This document shows positions 41,301 through 54,189 of a DNA stretch of 64,000 nucleotides, piece after piece; positions within the stretch are counted from its first letter, which is position 1; each line of letters opens with the position of its first letter. The translations under genes and the position numbers were made by a program. This stretch comes from Vicugna vicugna (Eukaryota): NCBI GenBank assembly GCA_013265495.1, contig MU058198.1:6401779-6465778 (forward strand). The letters run 5' to 3'. The notes below the pieces were generated by a model that was given only the letters and a program-made list of their open reading frames with translations, was not told where the DNA came from and did no database searches.

Positions 41301-44300
41301 CAGTCAACCTTTAAGAACACATAAAACCTAAAAGAAGAGATGGGAAAAGCCTAGGGAAACCCTGACCCTTTGATGTATGTCTAAGAATAATTTCTCAAAG
41401 AAACATTTGAGCCTAAGGCTTGGATACTTCCTACACATGGTAAGAACCTAACTCAGAAGACACCAAAGTTATATGTAACACTACCACAAGGGCCAACACA
41501 CCACTAATTTCCAAGAACAAATCATGGGGTCTAAATGTATGCCTGTCCTGAAATGTTTCTAAGAGAAGTTCAGGGCTGCTCTCACTCACAAAGCAAACCA
41601 CCCTCGCTGGTTATTCAGCTCTCAGCACCAGTCCACTCGCCACACTTTGTGACATGGGGCTGAGACTACATAAAACACATTTCTCCTCTATCTGTTAGGC
41701 TCTGTCGACAGGGGCACTGGAGGAAAACCAGAAGGCAGAAGGAGGGCTGAAGGGACTCCATTCTTCCTGTGGGCTTGCTGTCCTGGCAGTGTTACCTCAA
41801 TGTCACCTGGCAGTAATAACTGGTTCCAGTTTCCAGCTTCCATATTCCCCAAATCAGACTCATCATGCACTCTCAGAGGTGCAAGCAGCAGCCAGGTTAC
41901 ATCGTCTCTTCAAAGAAATAAATCCCAGCTCCCTGGGACCCCTCCTCTGAGCTCCTATGGTAGCTGGTGACCTCTCCTCAGAGATCTGAGCTCTAGCTGC
42001 ATGGGGGCCGTCCCTCTGATAGCCTAGATTTTAATGATCCCAACACCTCTTTCCTTTGCACCCCTAGCCCTAGGGGTGGAGCTGCTTCCTCTAGTTATCA
42101 TCTGTGTTGTCTCAGTGTTCCCTTTTTGCTTTCCACTCCTCTAAAACCTTTTTAATCAATTTCCTACACTGAATTCTTAAAATAATGAAATGTGGTTTCT
42201 ATTTTCCTAACGGACTCAAATAAACTACCTAATCTTATATTTGTGAGTAGCAGGACAATAAGGTAATCAAAACTAAAAGGTATCCAATGCCAAGATCAAA
42301 TACAGTCCCCCTAGTCTAAGAGCGATGAGACTGTAGAAACTACTTAAAAATTCTCCTGAACTGTCTCACTTCAGAGCTGGGTGGGCACAAGAGCTCATTT
42401 CTTCATTAGAGACAAACATTGTCCATCCCTCCCCACAAAATGAGTCACTCAGTGTTTTACAAACAACTTAACAACCTAGACAAGATTAGCAACTGAGCAT
42501 GACGGCCCAGAGAAGAATGCTGGCAGAGAAAATCACTAATAAAATAGGTAATATCTGTGGGTAGAACTGCTGACAGACTCAAAATTTCACTTTGGTAAAC
42601 TGCAGAGAAAGGTAAGATTTAACACGTAAGCCTAGAACTTGTATTTGTCATTTTGTCATTTCCCTACCCAATAATCCATCCTTCCCTTCTTCCCTGGTAA
42701 GAGAACACTAGGCATCGAGGCCAACTGAAAGACCGCATTTCCCAGCCTCCCTGCAGACAGAGGTGGCCAAGGACATAGAAGTCATTAGGTGGGGCCTCTG
42801 GGAAAGCTTCTTTTGTCCCACCTCTTCCCTTTATTCCTGCCACCTGAATCATGAGTGTGATGTCTACAGGTTCAGCATCCATTTTTGACCATAAGGTGAC
42901 AAGGAAGCCACAACTAAAGTTGGTAAAACAAACAGGTAAAGAGATCCAAAATATTAGGTGACATACAAAGAATAAGGAGACACTGACCATTTGTCAAGGG
43001 AAAGACAGTCAACAGACTGTCACAGATGACACAGATGTTGGAATTATCGAGGATTTTTAAAGCAGCTATTACAACCATTCTCCACGAGGTTCTTCAGATG
43101 GAAGGTGTTACAGACTGAACTGTGTCCACTCAAAATGCAAAGCTGGTTGAAGCCCTAATTCTCAGTGCAACTGTATTAAGAGATAAGGCCTATGAAAGGC
43201 AATAAAAGTTAAGTGAGACCATAAGGGTGGGACCTTAATCCAACAGGACTAGTGCCCTTATATGAAGAGGAGGAGACAAGGAGGGTGCGAGTGTGCTGTC
43301 TCCCTCCCCCTCCCCATGCATGTACAGAAAAGTGGCCACATGAGGACAGAGAAGACAGTGTCTGCGAGTCAGGAAGAGATCCCTCATCAGAAACTGAATC
43401 TAACAACACCCTGATCCCTGACTTCCAGTCTCCAGAAGTATGAGAAAATAAATTTGTGTTGTTTAAGCCACCCAACCAGTGTATTTTATTATGGCAATTC
43501 AAGCTGATTAATACAGAAGGTAAATGATAATGAGAAAGAAACCTGGAACTTCAAGAATGAAGGGAAAAAGCAAGGGAACTGGCAAATGTCTGGGTAAAAA
43601 CAATAGATTGTTTTTCTATTGTTTCTCTTCAGATCTTTAAAATATGAAGCTTGATGAAAGCAGTAATAGAACATTGTATGAGGGGGTTTTCAATGTACAT
43701 AGATATAAAATACATAAACTCAATATAGAGAAGGGAGGGCAAAAGGATCTACCTGGTGGTAAGGTTTCTACATTACACTTGAAGTGCTATTCAGTTAACT
43801 TGAAAAGTTAAATATATATGTATTTTAATACCCAGAGCAATCTTTAAAAAAAAAAACCCATGAAGAGATACAGTCAAACATTCAATAGACACTGAAAAGG
43901 CAAACTAAATTTGTATGAAACTAACAAGAGTCTCAAAATAAGTGAAGCAAAAACTGACAGAACTGAAAGAAGATATAGATGAATCCACAATTATACTTTG
44001 GAGAGTTCACCTGTCTCTTGGTAATGGTTACAACAAACTGGATAAAGACCACATGTAGAATACTATCAACAACCTGACAGAACAGACATACCTGGAACAC
44101 TCCACTCAGCAACAGCAGGATGCATAGCCCTTCCCAGTGCATAATGAACAACAACCAAGAACACAGGTCATAAAACAAACCTTAACAAATTGCAAAGAAC
44201 TGAAATCACATAAAATATGCTTGCAGATCATAATAAACTAGAAAATAGTTAACAAGAAAACATGGAAAATGCCCAAAGATTTAGAAATGAAACAACAGAG

Positions 44301-47300
44301 TGGAAATATCAAGAGAAATCACAAAATATTTTAAACTGAATGAAAAGGAAAATACAATATATTAAAATCTGATAGATAAACCTAAGGCAGTGCTCAGAGG
44401 GAAATCTACAGCATTAAAATGCTTAAATATAGAATGGAGATAACCTATAGACCTGTGCGGCTCAAGCCACAAATGTGACTCCAAAAGCACCCCAACTTCT
44501 TCTGAGAAATAACTAAAATTATATATATGTAAAGGCAACTACAGAAGAGGTGCTTAGTAAATACATAATGATTTAAAGAACAAACAAACGAATAAAAACA
44601 CAGGCAATAAAGAGACAAAATTCCAAGTCAGGTAAGTACAAAGGACTGAAGCACAATCTTGGATAGCTTTTTCAACTCAGTGAAATAACTAAGATCTTGC
44701 TCTCTGGGGCAAGTCAACAGCATGAATTTCTCTTAGCAGGAGCTAGAATGCCACTGGAGCCCTGATATAAACCTCGTTAGTACCTTTTATTAATTGCATG
44801 AAAATGCCATGTGTCACAATGGCACTTCTTCTTTATTAAGCAGAAAGACACACTTGGAAAAAAGGGGTAGCCATTTTTCTCACGCTTAGCCACGTTTGTT
44901 TACAGGCCAATCTAATGTCACCCAGAATCCCTGGCAGGCTGTGGTCAGCACTTGCCAGCACTCTCATGACAAAGAGGTTCACAGGACATGACTCAATAAC
45001 TTTTGGTTGCTTAACTCACTTCAGATTTCCTCATCTTCCTGTAAAAAGGAGTTTCTACATAGGTGTCTCCTTTCACATTGACAAGCACAAAGAGAAGGGA
45101 GTGAGAGAGAGAGAAAAGGGAAGACAGCCAGTACTTATTTGTTGAACACCTAATGTCAACCAAGATACTTTACACACATCGCTTCATTTAATATTCTCAG
45201 CTTGTAAAGTAAGCACAACCATTCCCCAAGTACAAAGAGGAAAAGACTGAAATTCAGGTCTTCCCACACCGCCCCTTCAAAATGGCAAACCTAGACAACG
45301 AACCCCATGAACAGCTGTGTTCAGCTTAGCATGTTACAGAACACTTATTCCATTAAAACTGGGACTCAGTTCTCTAAGTCCCCACCAGCTCTGATCAAAA
45401 AACCCTTAAGCATTCTCACTGAGCAAGGCATGTAGAGCTCCAATTTCCAAGCTCCTAGGACCAAAAATACATCCATGTACGATTGTGCTTCTAAATTCGT
45501 AGCCTACAATGCCTACCACTTTGTTGTGATGAATGATGCAAAACCTTTAAACCACAAGGGACAGGAACTGAATGCTGCTTCTGTGACTTAACCACACCTA
45601 CGTTTCCCATTTAAGACACCAAGAAAACATTCTTGACTACTTCCTGCAAGATCAGTTGCTTCTGAAATTTTGGCTCAAGCCACAAAAGCCCCCCAACTCC
45701 TTTACAGATATATTTTATCAGTTGAAACACATTTGATCGCATTTACATGCTCTTCGTTAAAATGAAAATGGTAATTACCAGTAGCCAGTGCTCTTTATCA
45801 GCTGCTTCTGCAAAACAGTGCATCTCTAATATACTGGGGTCTCTAATACAACCTAGAGTAGTGGTTGTCAAACTTTCAAAACTTTCAATTAAAAATTTTG
45901 GAGTACACACTTGTATAAACGTACAGCCTTAAGAGGTAATAGGAAAAACATAAAAATTAAAGGCCAACTATTTTCTCTGTGCACCCCAGAGGACTACCTT
46001 ATACACCCTTCTTTGTACTCTACTACCTTAGACCACCAGGAGGTGTCTGATGGACAAGCAGTTCCCCAGATGATGGTTACCATTTAACAGCATAAACCAC
46101 AGACCAGCTTTGAAGGTCTGGGGGTTTTTTTGTTTTGTTTTTTTAAAGGCATAAGTGTTACACGTATATGTTTAAAAAAAGAAAAGCCATGAAAAACTAT
46201 AAAGCCTTGCTCGGATAATAATCAAATGATCAATGAGAAAAATCCCTAGTGTTTAAAAGTGGTCAGCCAGAACCACTGACAACTGAGACAGCAGATGGCA
46301 GATGCCTGGGCAGGCAGGTCAACGTCTGTAACTGGGCTTTGCCGTCCAGGGGCCCTGTTCACTTAACTCCATGGTCACCACCTCAGTTAAATGGCAGCAG
46401 CATCGTCTATTACTTATTATGACTAGTGTGGTCATCGCTGTGACCACTGATTGAGTGCCTAATACATGCTAGATGCTGTGCCAGGTTTTTTACACGCACG
46501 ATTTCCTTGAATCCTAACCATCCTGTGAGCAGTTCTTAGTATGTTCACTGTGCAAGAGGAAATGTGCTCAGCATGTAACTTGACCAAAAGTAACACTGCT
46601 ACCACGAAGCAGAAAAGGAATTTAAACTCTGCACCACTGCTCTTCTACTGGTGCAATCATCTGCACAAGCGTATATTTAATATTAATAATGTGCTAGCAT
46701 ATATTTTCTCAATGGAACCATATTCTCCACACCTAAAGCACATTTGTACTGTGCTTTAAAAAGCATTTTCATATTAATCATTTCCTCAGTTTATTCTTTC
46801 AACAAGCCTGAGAGATGTGAAAAAGTATCTACCACTTAAATATAGCAAAATCAGGCACAGCCCCAGAACCAAAGGATGCAACTGTTCGGCATACAAGAAA
46901 GAGAAGTTGGCGGAAGTGCCTTTTCTTTGAAGAATCTCATTCAAAAACACAATTACTCACAGTTGGCAAATTCACTAAAAATAGGATCTACTGTTGTGTA
47001 AGAAGGTTTCTGAGTTACAAATATACTACCCATATGACTTGACACCATAATAACTTTAAAAATAATTTTGGAAACAAAAGTGCAAATGCTTAAACATGGA
47101 ATGCAAATACTGTTTAGAATTTTTAAAACTCATAAAACCTCAGTAATAGAAAGGGCTTTAGAGGTTCAGTCCAACTCTTCCCAGACCAGGGATGGAGGGA
47201 GGGGGAGCGTGTCTTCACCATCTCCATTATACCACAACACAATGTGCCAAGGCGTTCTAGATATACTAGCTTTAGGTATTAGATATATAATAACCACAGT

Positions 47301-50300
47301 GTACAGGAAACATACTCTCTGCCTGCGAACAAGAAAAATGGGCTTGAGAAACATATGAGGAAAACAACATTTCCCCATTTTCTGTTTTCTAAAATATAAT
47401 AAGTATAAAAATAATTATCTCTGGACTGTGGGATTACGGATAACTTATCTTCATATTTTTCTGTCTTTGCTAGTTTTTAAAATAAGTATTTTTATGACAA
47501 TTATTTATTATTTTATTAAGGAAAATTTCAAGCACATACAGAAGGAGTAAGAATATAATGAACCCCAAGTTCCTATCAACTAAGTCTGACATCAATTATC
47601 AGCACATGGCCAATCCACTTTCCCCTCTATTCCCAGGGAATTATTTTAAAGCAAATCCCAGATGTCATATCATTGCATCCAATAAATACTTCCATTTATC
47701 TCTCTCAAGTAAAGGCCACATGGTTATGGGGGGGGGGACCAAGAAAGTATTATCATACCTAAAAAAATTAATGATACATATTACTTTTTTAATCAGAAAA
47801 ATGTTTTTTTAAAAAGATATCTAAGGGGAAAAAAGAAGAAACTGCTCAGTGGCATTACTACCTAAATAGCTTACATGACTCAGTTTCACTAAAGTGGTCT
47901 GACTGCATGGTTGCCTCTACATGGTCATAAGAAAAACTAACAAAAAGGTCTATTTCTAGTTATCAATGTTTCTGTGGTTTACCTGTTGAGAACTGCTTCC
48001 TTGTCTCCCAGACGACTTTTAATTTTACTTGTCAGATAGTCCAAAAAGAGCGTCCAGATATCCAAACAAGAGAAGTAACCTTCATGAGTAGGCTATGATG
48101 CAAAAGAAATCCAGACAATGAAATTACTTAATGCAGCTACTCCTTAGAAACACACCCACCAGCATTTACTTCCACCAGAATGGTACAACCATAAGCCTAG
48201 GTTCCCTCAGCTTCTTGATAATCACAATTGGTGTCTTTTATTCGGTCTTCATGATTGGTCCCTGGTAAACCTAACAAAAACAAGGGTACCATGGAACACA
48301 TCGCTGAGGAGATACTATGCAGGACAAAATGATTTACAAAATAAGCCAGGTGAACACATATCCTAAAATCTGAGACTGTGATGCAGATAGCTCTTACAGA
48401 TCATCCAGTTCCAATCTGTTTTAGAGAAAAAGAAATTGAGATGCAGAGATATGTTCAAAGTCAGGAGCAGGAGGAGGTCCCTTTACCTTCAGCCAATGCT
48501 CTTTCCACTACATACTATTACAAAACCAAAAATAAGTTTCAGTGGCTCCAAAGTGACAGGCTTACATATTTGTACACTGGGAAAGTAACATTTGCAGTTT
48601 TCCTACATAACAGATTGAAAATGAGCTTGTTAAATCTGACCCACAGGCTTTAGCTCATCTGCAAAGCAGGGGTGTCAAACAGGCAGACGGCAACCTCTAG
48701 CCAGGTGCTGATAAGGACAAAGTGAGGAGAGAAGAGCAAGTCTCTGCAAGGTCCTAGCACCTGGACCACTGCACTTATCAACCTTCTCAAGAGCCTTGAG
48801 ATTCTATTTTATGCAAAACACAGGCATTATATTCTCCAACATCTAGTCCTTCTCATACACATTCAGTTTTAACTTGTGGTCCCCCAATCCCTTATACATC
48901 CGCTCGAATTCTTGCTACCTACAAGAACTCTTTGGTTTTACCTGTGATTACTTCATTGAACTACAATTTGATGGCAGGTTTGATATGGAAAGAAATAATA
49001 CCATCACCTTCTTGGTTTATCAGTTTCCTTTCATTTCTGATCCACAAGAAAATCCAGAAGTTTACAAGGGCACATATGGAATCTATCCAAGGAATAACTA
49101 ACAGTGATGGTGGTGACGTACAGTGAGAGTTCTGTATTCAGGCTGAGTCTGAGACAGAAAAACTGTAAACTTAAAAAACGTGGCAGACTCCAAACTCACA
49201 ACCCACAGGGTAGCCCTGGAACTAGATTGCTACAGCTCAGTCAGAACCACAGGCAGGGCCGTCCTCAGAACACAAAATGAACCAGAAGAATAAGCAGGAA
49301 AAATAATTAATAAGCCATGTGGAAATAATATAGCAGACAGGTACTCGACTTGTAGCCAGGAGTTGTAGTCTTGTCCAGGCTTTGGCTTGCTGGCTTCCTG
49401 TAAGTCACCCAGTTGTCCTTCCTTGGCTTAAAAATAGTTACCAGCCCCCCTTGCCAAAAAAACATAACTGATCAGATGAATGTGGAAGTGCTTTTGAGAA
49501 AAGCCACCTCATAAATCCAAATTTTATGGCTATGTCAAAGTTCTTCACAACTATACGCATCTTCCCCACATCTTTCAATTAAGGATTTACTATGTGGCTC
49601 GAGGCTAGGAAAAAAGGGTGAGCAGATACACTCTCTGCAGGACCTGAAACACCACTGTTCACATCCATATCTACAGCCCTCACTGTGAGTGCACTGTGTA
49701 CACTGCAATCTGGCCTTTGACAAGTGCTGTGGGAGCAGATCATTAAGGTCACAAAGACAGGCTGACTGCACTTGAGTTATGTAACTTTTCAGAGCCCTCC
49801 CAGACCCATTTTTAAAATGTACCTGTACTCAGATTTACCTTTCAGGTCCCAGGGCTGGTTAGTCACTAACGATCCTGACAAGTTTCTTTAAGAAACTAAT
49901 GATACCACTCTTGTCTCCAAGTGGCTTATTTTCATTGGAACTGGTCTATTTGATCTTTGCAATAGTCCTGGAAAGTCGACAGGTATTTTATTTCTTCCCA
50001 TTTTACAGATAAAGAAACCATGGCTCAGAAGTAAAGTCACCTGCCCAAGGTGGCAAGGAACAAAAACAGAACTAGAACATGGATCTTAAGGCTCCAGGTC
50101 CAGAGCCCTTCCCCCTCTGCCACACTATCTCAGGCGTGTTTTAGGAAGAAGGGGCAAACTGGAAACTGCAAGACCAAGAAGGAACTGGTGATGATACAGC
50201 AAGAGAAAGAGCAGGAGGACAGAAATCATGTGCTTATACAGACACCCCAGGGCCTCAGCAAGCAAGGAAAGTAACCGTGGAGGCAAACACGAGGTGTGCA

Positions 50301-53300
50301 CTAGTGGCTGGAAGGACCGCGGCGGGACGCTCAGGTGAAAGAAAAGACGCAGGAAAAGACAGCGAGGGAGCGGTTAAAGGACGATACTAACCGTCTCTGT
50401 CTTGTTACTGTTCTTTGAAAATGTGCTGACCAGTACTAAAATTTCCATGAATTTTAGGCTAAGTACAGTCATAATAACCCTCTTAACAAGAGAAAACACA
50501 TGTTTTCTCATTTTATAAATAATTAAACTATGATAAAGGAAGAATACACTGTTAATGAATAAATGAGAACTTAAAGCTCTCTCTTAAGAGCAATTTCTTA
50601 TTCTTAAATCTTATCCCAAAGAATTCCACTCCTACCGAGTGCGCCCTGCCATCTTTTCCCCTCCCCACTTCTCTGGAAAAGGGCGGGGCACCGCCCAGGC
50701 TCAGAGCCCGCTTCTGCCTGCACCTCAAGGCCACCGACCCCCACAGTCGAGAGCCTGCGCCCAGAAAGTTCTCACACGGGAGGCCAGGAGAGTACGGGGA
50801 GCTCAGCTGACAGTGACCTGCTGGTGAGGGAGGAAGAGAGAAGCCTGCTGTTTGCTTCATGACCAGTCTAGCTCTCTTCTCAGTACATAACACATATAAA
50901 CATATAAAACCAGTTCAACAGAAAACTAACATGTAGGATTCAAGTGAACAATCAGAGAAGATGAACACGGAAAGACCCTAGAGGTGCCCACTACAGTCTC
51001 CTTAGGTGAGGAAACTGAAATCTAAGGAAATTTAAAAGACCTGCCCAAAGACAGACCTAACAGAATAACCAGAGCTCAAACACAGAACTTTTGGGTCCAT
51101 GTCCAAAGAAGCAGGCATAAGACATGTATACTTGAACACATTTCTTTCACTTTCCTCTATACCATGTATACTAGAAGACCCCACTTAATAAAGGGAACAA
51201 AACTGCAAGACATTTTCCTTCTGTTTTTCCAAATAAACCCCTTCTCTCTGACTTCAGCACCGGCGCTTTATCTCTCTTCCATTTCTGCTACACTTATTCT
51301 AAGGTATCTATCAAATCCTTCTCTTTTTTCCTTAAGACTTCTCTGGATCCATCCCAAAACTCTCCCACCTCTGAGCTTTCTCTCCTACATCCTCAAACTC
51401 CTACGTCTCATTACCTCTTCTATCCCTTCTTAGGCCTGGTGAGCTCAGCATGTTTCCTTGCTCTGCACTCACTGGTCCCTCTATCAGACATCTTGTCACT
51501 TCTTCAACCGTTGATCCTCCTGCACCTGCACCCTCCCAAATCCCCTGCAACACACACACACACCCCTTCCAGCCTCCACCCTAGCCTTCTCCTCTAGCCT
51601 CATTAAGTTACAGCATCAGTGATTTAAACAACCAAAAAAGTCTACTTATAAAATCAGGTGCCCTCACTGACCCAGCAGTTTCATCCCTAGTATGCACCAA
51701 CAGAAGAGCCACACACGGACACCAAAAAGCACGGACAAGAACGTTCACTGCAACGTGATTCATGATCGCCAAAAACTGGAAGCAGCCCAAATCAGCAGCA
51801 AAGTGGATTTTCTAATGACTTCCTATAAAACAATGAGAACTACTGCCACACACAACACAGATGAATCTCATAACACGATGTTGAACGAAAAAAGCCAAAC
51901 AAAACAAATACACGTTGGGTGCTTCTATTTAGAGAGGTTCTACCACAGGCACAACTGTTCTAGGAGGTTAAAGTCAGGACTGGGGTTACTTCTCGGGAGG
52001 AGGGGAGTGACTGGGAAGGGACACGAGGGGATTTCTGGGAGTGCTAGTCACGTTCTATTTCTTGAGTTAGGTGATGGTTAAATGGTCTGTTCATTTGGGG
52101 AAAGCTCATGAAGCTGTTCATGTATGATGTATGTACTTTTCCATATGTGTGTGATACTTCAATAAAAAGCTGATTTTAAAAAGACACACAAGTGATAGGG
52201 TACGATGGAAGTGTCTAAAGCTGGACTGTGATGATGGTTGTACAAGTCTACAAATCTACTGAACATCATTGAACTGTACAGTTACAATGGATGAGTTTCT
52301 TAGTATGTGAGTTTTACCTCAATAAAGCCGCTAAAATATATACACAAATAAAAACTACTGGGTCATCAGAATGTAAACTCAGTGAAGGCAAGAACTTTGT
52401 TTTGTTGAATGGGGGAAACAAGTGGATCCACCAAAACGTAACTCTTGAGAGCTTCACTATTTATAATCTCCTTGTGGGAATTTTTAGTGCTAGTTGCAGG
52501 CTAAAACTAATGGCCCTAACTTCAGACTTTTTCTATATTTTGCTTCTCCAACATAATAGTGGTTAAGAGAGCACAGACTCTATGGGTTCTGGCTCCCCCA
52601 CTTAACTAACTGTATGACCCTCAGCAAGTTTCTTTGTGCCTCAGTTTCTTTATCTGCAAAATGGGGATGATAATAACACCTACCTCATAGGGGCGTTATG
52701 AAGGATAAATGTGTTAATCTTCATATAGTAAGCACTATATAAATGTTTGAGAAATAAAGAAGTTCTTTCTCCCAAAGAAAACAAAGTAGACTTTGGGGGC
52801 AGGAAGGAATGGGCAGTTCTGATGCTTTACCTGATGAAATGTGTACTTGAACAAAAGTGTCAAAAACTCCACCACAGGGAACTGGGAGTAGGACTCAATT
52901 CTTCTTAGGTGAACACTCACAAAGAGCCGCAGGAAGTCAGTAAACTTCTCGATGTAGCTACATAAGAAGACAAAAGGTAACAATGAGAAACCCAGCCACC
53001 TTCTTTGAACAGAACTCAAATTCAATCCAAATTTCTTTCAGTATAGAACTATACAGATTTATAACATATTTTCAGTTAAAAATATAAAGGCCTGCAACAA
53101 TTACCTACAGGTCAGGCAACCCTTCATTCCATTACCACCTGAAACATAGCAGAAAAGCAACTTTAATCCTCAGACACTATCTTGTAAGGCATCTTATAAG
53201 CTAGTGCTCTCATATTTTCTAAGTCAGTGTTATGACCCAATTAAAGTAAAGGAAATGGTACTAAAAAGTCAGTGGGCAGATCATGTGTCATTTCAATGTG

Positions 53301-54151
53301 GGAGGTCTGGAAGGCTGGTTTTCTCTGCTAGGAGGCCAAAATATCAAAATGAATGTGCTAATAAAAGCCAAAAAACAAGACAAGGCTACAAAAAAGGCAT
53401 GGCATCCAGGTAACATATGTTTAGTTGCAACCTAGTGTTCCCTTTTTCCCCCACCCTCTGGCTCCTGGTGCTAACTAAACATAGCACATCCCAATCCACT
53501 CTGAAAGTGATTTCAGTGTAAGAGAGGAGGGCTGTTAGAGCTGGACAAGACTCAGGGACAATTGAGTGATGCTTCATTTTACAGATGAGGCCCCAAGAGA
53601 TAAAAGTGAGTGGCCCAAGGTCACTCAGCCAGCACATGGCAGAATAGGACTACCATCCACTCCAGTGCTGTTTCTTTTCACATCACAGTGAATTCCCAAT
53701 TCATTTGTATTCAAAAATCATTTCACAGAAGAGCGTGGGTCACAGCTGCAAGGATAAGAGATTTTTGTTATTAAATACACAGCACATCACCACTCTCACA
53801 TTTCAGAAACTGTCATTTTGAGCCCCTAAATACCAAAAGGTGATTGGAAAATGAGATGGACACACCTCCATAAATCACATTTCAAAGACTGCTGAAAAAA
53901 GATAAAGATATACTAGGCCTTCACCAAAATCTGAATAATGGCTAAAAGCAATTCCGAAACTCCTAACTGCAAAAAGTTTTTTTTTTTTAAGTGAAGATAC
54001 ATGAAACAATAAAGGGGAAGAAGATAACTACTATTGTGAAGAGCAAAACTGGCCCATAAAGAAAATGTCCCATATTGTTCCTGGGACCTATCACCCTGAG
54101 GGTGGCCAATCTGTCTGTGTGACCACCACACATCTGGGCGCTTATGTGTGG

Positions 54152-54189
<38 letters not shown>

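Noticed and set aside
42059..42078. Hairpin CACCCCTAG-CC-CTAGGGGTG
   Set aside because: Part of the LTR33-like element.
46288..46301. Second CTCF-like motif ACAGCAGATGGCAG
   Set aside because: Mismatch at the conserved first C of the core; plausible by chance in 64 kb.
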